From the IMG/VR virus record IMGVR_UViG_3300027126_000006: a stretch of 64,000 nt of DNA. One strand, 5' to 3'. This DNA comes from a virus. Positions within the stretch are counted from its first letter, which is position 1. Every line of letters starts with the position of its first letter. The position numbers and the translations under genes were made by a program. Under the pieces are notes generated by a model. That model saw nothing but the letters and a program-made list of their open reading frames with translations, did not search any database and was not told where the DNA came from. Positions 11,001 through 19,229 of this stretch are shown in pieces.

Positions 11001-12113
11001 TCAGTAGATTCTGACATTGCATTCCCTTCCGACACCTTAAAGCGACTCCTATCTCATAACAAAGACATTGTGTCAGGGTTGTACATTCAACGTAAACCTG
11101 GTCAGCACATTCTTGAGCTGTATAGGAATGGAACAAACGTACCTTACCAAGACATTGAAGGTCAAGGTCTAGTGGAAATTGACGGATGTGGTTTTGGATG
11201 TGTTCTGATTAACTCCAACGTGATTCGTGCAATGGAGTATCCACACTTCGTCTACAAGTCAGCAATCGATCACAGTAATACTCTTTCAGAAGATGTATAC
11301 TTTTGTTTGAAGGCAAAAGAGAAGGGATTCAAACTATATGCAGATACAGACGTTCGCTGCGATCACTATGGTACCACAGCATTGAAAGTTCAATCACAAA
11401 AGCCTCCTGTGATAGAGCAACCTAAAACAAACAGAGATATTGATTTTCTACTTAACCTCAGCAACACTAGGATGATTCCCGCCGAACACGTGAACTATCT
11501 CTTTAGGATGAGAGATAGCGGATCCCAACCTCGCGTGATATACGATATCGGTGCTTGTGTACTACATTGGACGCGCGAGGCTATCAACGCATGGCCCCAC
11601 GCCAAGTTTATTGCTTTTGATGCCATGGAAGAATCCAAAGCAGTATTCGATCATTTTGGATTCGATAGCCACATTGGTGTGTTGAGCGATAGAGATGATG
11701 ACTATGTAACATTCTACAAGAACGTCACTTCACCTGGAGGTAATTCTTACTACAAAGAAAGTACGCAATACTCTCCTGCTGCCGATCAGATGTACGGTGA
11801 CTTTAATGCCCATATGCTTAGGACATTTACTCTCGATAGTATTGTTGAAGCAAAAGGGTTTCCACTCCCTGATCTAATTAAGATCGATGTGCAGGGTGCT
11901 GAACTAGATGTACTTAAAGGAGCGACGAAAACACTAGCATCATGTAAAGATATTATTGTAGAGCTTCAGTTGGTTGAATACAATGAAGGAGCTCCTTCTT
12001 ACATTGAGGTGATTACATACCTCAAGTCACAAGGATTTGAGCTGGTAGGGTCTTCATACTTCTCGAAGAATGGAGACACAGATGCCGACTTCCATTTTAC
12101 AAAGGTGAAGTGA
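8079..12113 (+). CDS. Five-domain glycosyltransferase/methyltransferase: GT4 (GT-B) + three GT2-like (GT-A) + FkbM methyltransferase
   Basis: GT4: LGGSE and ETFGISTLE (EX7E). GT2: VVTPAYNAE...IIDDCSTD...IDGDD. Further GT-A units: VVIPTMWR...NPAWNLG...CNDD, and IAIPT...VDSD...GFGCVLI...SEDVYFC. FkbM: YDIGA...LIKIDVQGAELDVLKG. True start is likely ATG 8079, since the ORF-track start overlaps the divergent gene. Confidence 0.9.
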   Translation: MISIAIIDVIGLTYDGSTLQKRGLGGSESAVILMAKELHNLGFKVTVFNNCIDREASPGIYDGVEYIDLSQIETLEDPKFDVVIGSRTVAPFLPPHIWPNWSYRVDIHERIRRHAKLKVLWLHDTFCAGDELLEDLVVNGHIDEIFTLSDFHTSYVTNCDHGRKRNFEVLKHKVFITRNGITKYHDEVDIASKDPNLFVYNASVTKGMIPLVERIWPQFKARVPDAQLKIIGGYYRFRENLEPDEQEKKWRLLANDPSNPEKGIEFTGIIKQSEIADILAKASYMLYPGAFPETFGISTLESLAYNTPLITSRFGALEETAFSEACYLLDYPIEPNGLFPHINVDSQASKFTEMAVAAYHNKYLHQQKMYMCSAVKDICTWDTVALQWKQHFFRKLGLYLSRDEYRKVTKINSRVKQVFGRRFSNTEDVYIPRSTQQKIVVVTPAYNAEQYITKCIESVVSQDYDNWEMYIIDDCSTDNTFSVASQAAMLSDKITVIRNPMNMGAVYNHVTTIKQFCDPDDIVMLIDGDDALVNDNQIFQFYNNLYDGSTEFSYGSCWSMIDKIPLVAQHYPKRIKETKSYRGHVFNWNMPYTHLRTFQAKFLLQVDEDEFKDENGAWYKAGGDGAVFYSVIEQVDPDKIKVVQDIVYLYNDMSPINDYKVNGAEQTRNANRIRSSNRVKDKFSVVIPTMWRAMDLMPELLESLVAHELVGEVIIINNEVNNTPTLSVLRHPKIVMIDQETNIMVNPAWNLGVEIAKYNKMCFCNDDIVFDVRLFNKIYDRITPEYGPHGIIWGKEEFNQPPTTDGSIDFIEWKPGDVIHCFGQLHFQHKDSWIPIHSDLKMFYGDDWIFHNALSRNLTPWLIYNINFKSRNSATGLCEDIVPLVNERYKLETPIYQNWASQHVANQTNSRLTMKKILIAIPTNKYVETTTMKAVYDLEVPEGYTTDLQFFYGYQVDQIRNLIADWAKHYDYLFSVDSDIAFPSDTLKRLLSHNKDIVSGLYIQRKPGQHILELYRNGTNVPYQDIEGQGLVEIDGCGFGCVLINSNVIRAMEYPHFVYKSAIDHSNTLSEDVYFCLKAKEKGFKLYADTDVRCDHYGTTALKVQSQKPPVIEQPKTNRDIDFLLNLSNTRMIPAEHVNYLFRMRDSGSQPRVIYDIGACVLHWTREAINAWPHAKFIAFDAMEESKAVFDHFGFDSHIGVLSDRDDDYVTFYKNVTSPGGNSYYKESTQYSPAADQMYGDFNAHMLRTFTLDSIVEAKGFPLPDLIKIDVQGAELDVLKGATKTLASCKDIIVELQLVEYNEGAPSYIEVITYLKSQGFELVGSSYFSKNGDTDADFHFTKVK

Positions 12114-12700
12114 TGTACATATATGATTCGCAGGTGTGGGATAAAGTAGATGCTAATGATTTGTGGATCTACGATAAGCTGATTCTTTGTAGGAAGTTAG
12201 GCTATGTGTGTGGTCCTGCTGGGGTACCTCTTCCAAAACCAGGAACATACATTGTAAAACCTATCACCAACATTCTAGGAATGGGCGTTGGTTCTTACTT
12301 CCATGAATTTACTGATACTGACACCGACTTCCTTGCACCAGGAACATTTTGGATGGAAGTGTTTACAGGACCGCATGTTAGCGTTGACGTGGTCGACGGC
12401 AAAACGGATATCGTATATGAAGGTATTCGAGATGGTCTCCAACGGTTTAGTCGTTGGACCAAACTAGACATCGAACCACAGCATGAGCCGTTTGTAATTG
12501 AGATGTCGAAGAAGTATGGCGTTGTCAACTATGAGACGATCGGCGGTAAGATCATCGAAGTCCATCTCAGAGCCAATCCTGACTGGCATAAGCACAAGGC
12601 AAGGGAACTAATCCCTGTTTGGGAAGGCGAGGAGATCCCTAAAGAAAATTTCGTATCAGATCCAGATATTGGAAGACTTGGGTTTGTAGTAGTCAGATAA
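12110..12700 (+). CDS. ATP-grasp-like protein
   Basis: Pattern 'YDKL.L...LGY..GPAG...YIVKPITN..GMG.G...FWME.F.G.HVSVD...N.E.IGGKIIEVHLR.NPD'; overlaps the glycosyltransferase stop codon. Confidence 0.55.
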   Translation: MMYIYDSQVWDKVDANDLWIYDKLILCRKLGYVCGPAGVPLPKPGTYIVKPITNILGMGVGSYFHEFTDTDTDFLAPGTFWMEVFTGPHVSVDVVDGKTDIVYEGIRDGLQRFSRWTKLDIEPQHEPFVIEMSKKYGVVNYETIGGKIIEVHLRANPDWHKHKARELIPVWEGEEIPKENFVSDPDIGRLGFVVVR

Positions 12701-13565
12701 CTGGCTTAAGAGATACTACATAGAACACTGGATAGGGGTGGCCGTTCTTGATTGGCTGAACGGTAACTCTGTATGATGGGTCGCGTGGTAGAGTCTGATC
12801 GAAGATATTACCATCCTTAACTACTTCCCACACCACATCATATATCTCGGGATTGTGTAGTATCTCTTTAACGTGCTTACCAATTGCATCTTTGTAGTTT
12901 GATATGTGGAAATACTTTAATGATTCATCGTTGCAGAAGAACACACATGAGTTTTTGTCTATAATGAAAATTGGATGGCTTGCGGAGTTCATCGCAATGT
13001 AACAAGCCTTAGTTCTTTCATGTTCAAGATATGGCTCTGTAATATCGCGACCTACGACGATGAGCTCTTTTGGTTCACCGGCATCATATGTTGGTGTCTT
13101 AATTACATCAAAGTATCTTGTGTTACCTGATGCATCCTTTATTATCTCGATCGTTCTATTTGAATGGCCTCGTCGCCATGCTTCAGTATCTGTCTCAACA
13201 CACACCTCTAATGTATCTTTGAGATGGGGTTTGATTTTACCTATATCCTCGTCTGTTTTGTTATAGTAGTCATCGAGGATAATATCAAACAACTTCTGTC
13301 CATATATGTTCAGAGTTTTCCAGCGGCCGCTGCTGTCTTTAATTAGCAGCAGGTCATCAATCGCATCGATGGTAGTATAAAACCTCTGCGTGTAGCTGGA
13401 TAGTTCCTTTTCAATATTCTGAGATGCAATACTAGCAACCTCAGACAACTCTGCTGTTGCTCGCTTCAACATGGTCAGCCCTGTATCGAGTTCGTGGGCG
13501 AACAATGACGGCATATCTTGATCAAACGCAACACTAATCTTACTTCTACCAGAAAACCAACCCAT
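12693..13565 (-). CDS. Tandem PAS-domain protein with no output domain
   Basis: PAS1: 'IDAIDDLLLIKDSSGRWKTLN...NKTD...YFDVIKTPTYD...LIVVGRDITE' (PAC DIT motif). PAS2: 'MNSASHPIFIIDKNSCVFFCN...IGKHVKEIL'. N-terminal helical/coiled segment. Confidence 0.8.
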   Translation of the reverse strand: MGWFSGRSKISVAFDQDMPSLFAHELDTGLTMLKRATAELSEVASIASQNIEKELSSYTQRFYTTIDAIDDLLLIKDSSGRWKTLNIYGQKLFDIILDDYYNKTDEDIGKIKPHLKDTLEVCVETDTEAWRRGHSNRTIEIIKDASGNTRYFDVIKTPTYDAGEPKELIVVGRDITEPYLEHERTKACYIAMNSASHPIFIIDKNSCVFFCNDESLKYFHISNYKDAIGKHVKEILHNPEIYDVVWEVVKDGNIFDQTLPRDPSYRVTVQPIKNGHPYPVFYVVSLKPVI

Positions 13566-13576
13566 AATAAACTCTC

Positions 13577-13855
13577 TTATTTTTTAGCGGCTTGGAAGGA
13601 AGTAAGAACGATCTTGATTTCGTGCAGGGCATGAATAAGATCAATATTACCCTGATGGTATCGTTCAATGATTTGACGAGTGGCCTCGAGTTCATGGTCT
13701 TTAGCTCCGACGTACTTGTCGGTTATCTCGTTCATTTCCTTTAGTATATGTTTGCGGTCCCATATCAGGGCACCAATGATGGCAACCAGGATTACAACAA
13801 TCGCTGAGTTACCACCTTGGACTAAAAACTCGACAAACAGCTTAGCGAGATCCAT
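13577..13855 (-). CDS. Small single-TM membrane protein with coiled-coil tail (holin-like architecture)
   Basis: Hydrophobic 'AIVVILVAIIGALIW' followed by a charged helical C-terminus; ends 11 nt upstream of the PAS gene. Confidence 0.65.
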   Translation of the reverse strand: MDLAKLFVEFLVQGGNSAIVVILVAIIGALIWDRKHILKEMNEITDKYVGAKDHELEATRQIIERYHQGNIDLIHALHEIKIVLTSFQAAKK

Positions 13856-13930
13856 CTTAGATCCTTATAGGTCTTTTTGTATTTGTTATGACAAGGATCA
13901 ATCGGAGCCAAAGATATGATTCAGATGCTT

Positions 13931-13938
13931 TATTTATT
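13931..13938 (-). promoter_or_regulatory. Late-promoter variant AATAAATA upstream of the TM-PAS pair
   Basis: One mismatch to TATAAATA. The same variant occurs upstream of structural genes at 21704, 35339 and 47847. Confidence 0.4.
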
Positions 13939-13999
13939 AAAACTCACTATTCTCTTCTTAGAAGCTACACCATAAGATTAATTTTAGATATCATATGGG

Positions 14000-14281
14000 T
14001 TATAGCTTCGTTTCTGCTGCACGGGCTTCTATTTCCATGGGATTGTTCTTGTACCCGTGCCGCAGATTAAGCCAGAGGTACTGAACATAAAACCGGATCA
14101 CACCGAGCCTTTGCGCCTGCTCCCAGTGCGCCTGTTCGTGACGAATTAGACGCTGGTCATTGATACGCTCGCTGAGAATAAAAATACCAAACGGTGGCAG
14201 TGTGATTCCAGCGTACTTGGTTGTACGGAGCCACCATCTAATTAGCCCAGATGCGCGGATTACCTTGGGAATTGTATCCAT
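14000..14281 (-). CDS. Small HExxH zinc-metallopeptidase-like protein (DUF4157-like)
   Basis: 'LIRHEQAHWEQ...Y...Y.......GY.NNPMEIEAR'; likely start ATG 14281 with GAGG RBS. Confidence 0.65.
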   Translation of the reverse strand: MDTIPKVIRASGLIRWWLRTTKYAGITLPPFGIFILSERINDQRLIRHEQAHWEQAQRLGVIRFYVQYLWLNLRHGYKNNPMEIEARAAETKL

Positions 14282-14360
14282 AATGCGAGACCTCGTGTGT
14301 TTATTGTTATACAATGGGTTCCCAGTCACTAACTAGTTACTGCATGGACTGACACAACTT

Positions 14361-14390
14361 ATTATATCACAAATAAGTAATGTTTGTCGA
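14361..14390 (-). promoter_or_regulatory. Possible sigma70 promoter with extended -10 (TCGACA-18-TATAAT, TGn)
   Basis: TGATATAAT overlaps the stop codon of the upstream gene. Confidence 0.45.
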
Positions 14391-15803
14391 AAATGTAGAA
14401 GTAACCTGTGTTAGACTTGTAGTCACAATACTCAAAGTGGCTGTACTTGTAGTATTTACACCAGCAGAATCTGAATCTGTGAGTGTGCTTACTGTAGAAG
14501 ATCCAGACGCCGGGCCGTAAGTGAAGTTACCGAATGTTCCAGAGAAAGCTCCATTTATAGTTCCGTTTCCCGGCAACTTCGCAACTATCCAATCAGTGTT
14601 ACCAACTGTTTGAGTGTCTTGGTATCCTGCGATATATACATTCCCAAAACTGTCTATACCGACACTCGTTCCCGTATCCGATCCCGTTCCATCAAGTTGT
14701 CTAGACCACTGCCAAGTCCCAGATGAGTTAAATTTGACTAAAAAGAGCTTGTTAGTAGTAAAGCCATGAGTTCCTATGCAATAAATATTATTGGACGAAT
14801 CTATAGCCACTCCTGTAAAGTTGTCAACTGAACTTGACCCAATGGTTCTCTGCCATTGAATTACACCAGAAGAATCATACTTAGCTATGAATGCATCATT
14901 AGATCCAGCGCCTTGTGAAGAGGTGAAGCCCACAATATAAACGTTTCCAGAAGAATCAACTTCTACTGCCTGTCCATTATCTGTAGCGGTTCCGCCTAAG
15001 GAGCGTTGCCACTGTAACGCTCCAGAAGAATTGAACTTAGCGAGAAGTATATTCTGGATACCAGATCCTGATGGCGGAGAAATTCCACTTACGTACACAT
15101 TTCCAGAAGAATCTACAGCAACATCACTAAATTGATTAGAGCTAATGGACCCAAACGTTACTTGCCATTGAAGAGTACCAGAAGAATCATACTTAGCTAT
15201 CAAAGCGTCGGTACCACCTGCACCTTGTGAGCTGGTTTGCCCTGCACAATAAATGTTGCTTGCTGAATCTATTACAATCCCGGAAAAACTTTCACCGCCC
15301 CCGCCGCTAAGCGAACGCTGCCATTGAAGAGTACCAGAGGAATCATACTTAGCTATCAACGTATCGGAGTTTATACCTAAAGTGGTTCCGACACAATATA
15401 CATTTCCTGAAGAATCTACAGCAACATCTTGAAAGTCTGTATAAACACTCGCCGATGTGCTTCCTAAAATGCGTTGCCATTGGATGACGCCAAATTCATT
15501 AAACTTGATTAAAAGAGCATTAGCAGAGCCGCCCGGGCCTTGCGAAGCGGTGGATCCCACAACATAAATGTTTCTAGACGAATCCACGACCAAGTAGTTA
15601 CCAAAATCATTATTGATCCCACCAACAGTGGCAATCCAGTAATTAGATTTACCATGAAGGTTGTTAAATCCAATGGCCCCGCTAGGAACACCAGCGAGCG
15701 CCCTAACAGGGGCATCATTAAGACTGGTCGCAGCAGTGGAATCACGCCCTATTTCGAGGTTGATTTGCGACATCGAAATTTCACCACTAGCTGGCAGTGT
15801 CAT
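14367..15803 (-). CDS. Fibre-tip/adhesin protein with beta-propeller repeats
   Basis: N-terminal 'MTLPASGEISMSQINLEIG' module, typical after fibre genes, then repeated 'VAVDSSGNVY..G......D.LIAKYDSSG.LQWQR' blades. Confidence 0.75.
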   Translation of the reverse strand: MTLPASGEISMSQINLEIGRDSTAATSLNDAPVRALAGVPSGAIGFNNLHGKSNYWIATVGGINNDFGNYLVVDSSRNIYVVGSTASQGPGGSANALLIKFNEFGVIQWQRILGSTSASVYTDFQDVAVDSSGNVYCVGTTLGINSDTLIAKYDSSGTLQWQRSLSGGGGESFSGIVIDSASNIYCAGQTSSQGAGGTDALIAKYDSSGTLQWQVTFGSISSNQFSDVAVDSSGNVYVSGISPPSGSGIQNILLAKFNSSGALQWQRSLGGTATDNGQAVEVDSSGNVYIVGFTSSQGAGSNDAFIAKYDSSGVIQWQRTIGSSSVDNFTGVAIDSSNNIYCIGTHGFTTNKLFLVKFNSSGTWQWSRQLDGTGSDTGTSVGIDSFGNVYIAGYQDTQTVGNTDWIVAKLPGNGTINGAFSGTFGNFTYGPASGSSTVSTLTDSDSAGVNTTSTATLSIVTTSLTQVTSTFSTNITYL

Positions 15804-18800
15804 TTTGCCTCCAATTCTTTTACACGAGCGGAGAGTTCCTTCACGGCCTCGACCAGCAGGCCGACCATATTGCCGTAGGCCAGCGATAATTGCTCGCCTT
15901 GCAGCACAGCTTCCGGCAACACTTTCTCAACCTCTTGAGCAACCAATCCAGTCTGGCGCTCTCCTGTGTCTGTACGTGTATATGTATATCCGGTCAGTTG
16001 CTCGACCTTGGCAAGCGCATTAGGAATTTGTTGCAGGTCGGTTTTCAGACGAATGTCAGAGTAGGCAGTGACGTTGCCGTAGGCAACAAAATTTCCTGAA
16101 ACGTCGGTGTACCACCGATTAATACTTGCAGTCTGGTCGTATAGCCCGGCGTTCGTCCCTGCCGCATTGTTGTACAAATAAACTGTGCGCGAATCATTGC
16201 TCAGGAATAACTGCTTTTCGCCAGATGTGGCATTACCGATGTTAATACTATTTCCTCTGATAGTAAGGCCGCCAGTTTCGAGTCTACCTGTTTCGGTTCC
16301 ATTTGATTGCCATATGTGCTTTGTTACGGCGTTGTAGTAAATATCCTGCGTTTTGTCGGCGTTATTTCCTACTGCACTGATTATGCTGCCAAACGTGGTT
16401 GAGTCTGTCGCCGTGTCTGTAAACGAAATCTGACCTACAGAAGAAATCAGACGACTTGATGTTGAGGTTCGTAAGAACTGGAAAACACCCGGGGCAGTAT
16501 TAGCGGTTGACGTAGACTCTACAACAATTCTTGAAGTAGATGCGCCGGTACCGACAACGTGCAAAGGATAAGACGCTGTTGTCGTTCCAATGCCAATCCT
16601 GTAAGTGCCGACAATATTCCCTGTCATTGTGCCGCCGGCTAGCGGCAGGGCATCGGTGATACCATATCCGGACAATGTAGTTGGGTTGGTTCCAGCGGTG
16701 ACCCGTCCTTTGGCGTCAACCGTCACGCTTTTGTACGTGCCTGCTGTGGCACCGCTATTGGCTAGCGTAAGGCTGATCGATGTAGATCCAGATCCAGTGG
16801 CGTCACCAGTGACCGAGATGCTTTGGTTGCCAGTGATGTACGTGCTGGTATCAAGCGTCCAGCTATCGGCCGCAGTTTTCTTTAGAAAGCCAGTAGTTCC
16901 AGCTAGTCCTGCAATCGCGGTCAGATCGGCGTCGAGCGCCTGTGCATCGGTGATGCCGTATCCGGACAGCGTTGTCGGGTTGGTTCCACCAGTCACACGT
17001 CCTTTGGCATCAACCGTTACGCTCTTGTATGTTCCAGCAGTGACACCACTATTGATTAATGATAAGCTAATTGATGTAGATCCAGATCCGGTGACGTCGC
17101 CAGTGACCGAGATGTTTTGGTTGCCAGTGATGTACGTGCTGGTATCAAGCGTCCAGCTATCGGCCGCAGTTTTCTTTAGAAAGCCAGTAGTTCCAGCTAG
17201 TCCTGCAATCGCAGTCAAGTCAGCATCTAGTGGTTGGGCATCGGTGATACCGTATCCGGTTAGCGTGGTCGGATTCGTTCCGCCAGTGACACGTCCTTTG
17301 GCATCAACCGTTACGCTATTGTATGCACCGGCTGTAACACCACTATTAGTTAGCATTGTGGTTGTTACAGTGGCTGAATCACCTGATGTGATTACTGTAC
17401 CAGTTGTTGCTGGTAGCGTGATTGTTGTTGTGCCAGCTACTGCCGCTGCTTGTAATGTTACGGTACCAGAAGTAGATCCAGAAAAAGCGGTACTTGTTAG
17501 TCCACTTATATCTGTTGCTGTAGATCCAAGAGAGATCGCCGTTGATCCAATTGTAACGGAACTGTTGGAAAGCTTAGCATTTGCAATAGAACCAGCCAAC
17601 ATGGTATTGGTAACTGTGCCAGTATCAGTCGTGTATACACCATTTGTTACCGTAGCAGCATTACCATTAATACTACCAGAAATGGTAGATGAAAATGTTT
17701 TTGTTCCAGCTATTGTTTGATCACCAAGGGTATATACACCATTTGTTACCGTAGCAGCATTACCATTAATACTACCAGAAATGGTAGATGAAAATGTTTT
17801 TGTTCCAGCTATTGTTTGATTACCAAGGGTATATACACCATTGGTTACCGTAGCAGAATTACCAGTACATTCTGATGATGTGGTAGATGAAGACGCATTG
17901 CCAGATAAAGATCCGACAAAATTTGTTGAAGTTACGCTTGTCAGCCCCGATAGAGTCGTGCTAGTTCCACCTAAAGCAATCGCCGTTGATCCAATTGTAA
18001 CGGAACTGTTGGAAAGCTTAGCATTTGCAATAGAACCAGCCAACATGGTATTGGTAACTGTGCCAGTGTCGGTTGTGTAAACACCATTGGTTACCGTTGA
18101 AGCGTTCCCGACAAAATTTGTTGAAGTTACGCTTGTCAGCCCCGATAAAGTCGTGCTACTTCCACCTAAAGCAATCACCGTTGATCCAATTGTAACGGAA
18201 CTGTTGGAAAGCTTAGCATTTGCAATAGAACCAGCCAACATGGCGTTAGTTACAGTACCTGAATCACCTGATGTGATTACTGTACCAGTTGTCGCCGGCA
18301 ATGTGATTGTTGTTGTGCCAGCTACTGCCGCTGGCTGTAATGTTACGGTACCGGAAGTAGATCCAGAAAAAGCGGTACTAGTTAGTCCCGATAAAGTGGT
18401 ACTTGTTCCACCTAAAGCAATCGCTGTTGATCCAATTGTAACGGAACTGTTGGAAAGCTTAGCATTTGCAATAGAACCAGCCAACATGACGTTAGTTACA
18501 GTACCTGAATCACCTGATGTGATTACTGTACCAGTTGTTGCTGGTAGCGTGATTGTTGTTGTACCAGCTACTGCCGCTGCTTGTAATGTTACGGTACCGG
18601 AAGTAGATCCAGAAAAAGCGGTACTAGTTAGTCCCGATAAAGTCGTGCTACTTCCACCTAGAGAGACTACAGTCGATCCAATTGTAACGGAACTGTTGGA
18701 AAGCTTAGCATTTGCAATAGAACCAGCCAACATGTTATTGGTAACTGTGCCAGTATCACTTGATGTGATTACTGTACCATCAACGTTTGGTATTGTCAAT

Positions 18801-19225
18801 ACGCGTGTGGTGCTAGGTGAAATGCTCGCCAGCTGAAACTGGAGTTTCTTGGAAGCGTCAATGTTATCTGTAAAGTAAGTGGAGCTATCATCAAGACTTT
18901 TGTTAGATAGTGTTTGACTTGTTGATAGATCTACAGTCCCTGATGTGTTAATACTCAGAGTTCCGCCACTCAATGACAACCCCGTACCTACGGAAATTTG
19001 CTCAATTGACCCTGAGCCAGCAGTTGTTCTACCTAATATCCTAGATGTTGACATTGTCAATAGAGATGACCCTACAGCACCCGACACAGCCTTGGTATCT
19101 AAATCATCGGCAATAGATTTGAAGTTACCATCAATCTCCAAATTTGTTAGAGGAGCATTTGCTGCTGTAGTGCTCCCAGGCTTTGCAGGAGTTGTTGTAC
19201 TCCCTCTGTACTTAATGAATGCCAT
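15800..19225 (-). CDS. Long tail fibre with C-terminal intramolecular chaperone (peptidase S74-like)
   Basis: C-terminus 'GNVTAYSDIRLKTD...GLVAQEVEKVLPEAV...LAYGNMVGLLVEAVKEL'; internal repeats 'VTVDAKGRVT.GTNPTTL.GYGITDA' and 'MLAGSIANAKLSNSSVTIGST'. Confidence 0.88.
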   Translation of the reverse strand: MAFIKYRGSTTTPAKPGSTTAANAPLTNLEIDGNFKSIADDLDTKAVSGAVGSSLLTMSTSRILGRTTAGSGSIEQISVGTGLSLSGGTLSINTSGTVDLSTSQTLSNKSLDDSSTYFTDNIDASKKLQFQLASISPSTTRVLTIPNVDGTVITSSDTGTVTNNMLAGSIANAKLSNSSVTIGSTVVSLGGSSTTLSGLTSTAFSGSTSGTVTLQAAAVAGTTTITLPATTGTVITSGDSGTVTNVMLAGSIANAKLSNSSVTIGSTAIALGGTSTTLSGLTSTAFSGSTSGTVTLQPAAVAGTTTITLPATTGTVITSGDSGTVTNAMLAGSIANAKLSNSSVTIGSTVIALGGSSTTLSGLTSVTSTNFVGNASTVTNGVYTTDTGTVTNTMLAGSIANAKLSNSSVTIGSTAIALGGTSTTLSGLTSVTSTNFVGSLSGNASSSTTSSECTGNSATVTNGVYTLGNQTIAGTKTFSSTISGSINGNAATVTNGVYTLGDQTIAGTKTFSSTISGSINGNAATVTNGVYTTDTGTVTNTMLAGSIANAKLSNSSVTIGSTAISLGSTATDISGLTSTAFSGSTSGTVTLQAAAVAGTTTITLPATTGTVITSGDSATVTTTMLTNSGVTAGAYNSVTVDAKGRVTGGTNPTTLTGYGITDAQPLDADLTAIAGLAGTTGFLKKTAADSWTLDTSTYITGNQNISVTGDVTGSGSTSISLSLINSGVTAGTYKSVTVDAKGRVTGGTNPTTLSGYGITDAQALDADLTAIAGLAGTTGFLKKTAADSWTLDTSTYITGNQSISVTGDATGSGSTSISLTLANSGATAGTYKSVTVDAKGRVTAGTNPTTLSGYGITDALPLAGGTMTGNIVGTYRIGIGTTTASYPLHVVGTGASTSRIVVESTSTANTAPGVFQFLRTSTSSRLISSVGQISFTDTATDSTTFGSIISAVGNNADKTQDIYYNAVTKHIWQSNGTETGRLETGGLTIRGNSINIGNATSGEKQLFLSNDSRTVYLYNNAAGTNAGLYDQTASINRWYTDVSGNFVAYGNVTAYSDIRLKTDLQQIPNALAKVEQLTGYTYTRTDTGERQTGLVAQEVEKVLPEAVLQGEQLSLAYGNMVGLLVEAVKELSARVKELEAK
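16640..18760. repeat. Nested intragenic direct repeats in the tail fibre (including about 294-bp and about 240-bp periods)
   Basis: 16807 and 17101 are near-identical; five copies of gttggaaagcttagcatttgcaatagaaccagccaacat. Confidence 0.85.
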
Positions 19226-19229
19226 TGTT

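Noticed and set aside
14282-14360. Riboswitch in the peptidase leader
   Set aside because: Only a short stem is visible and no known aptamer consensus is recognisable; an Rfam search would be needed.
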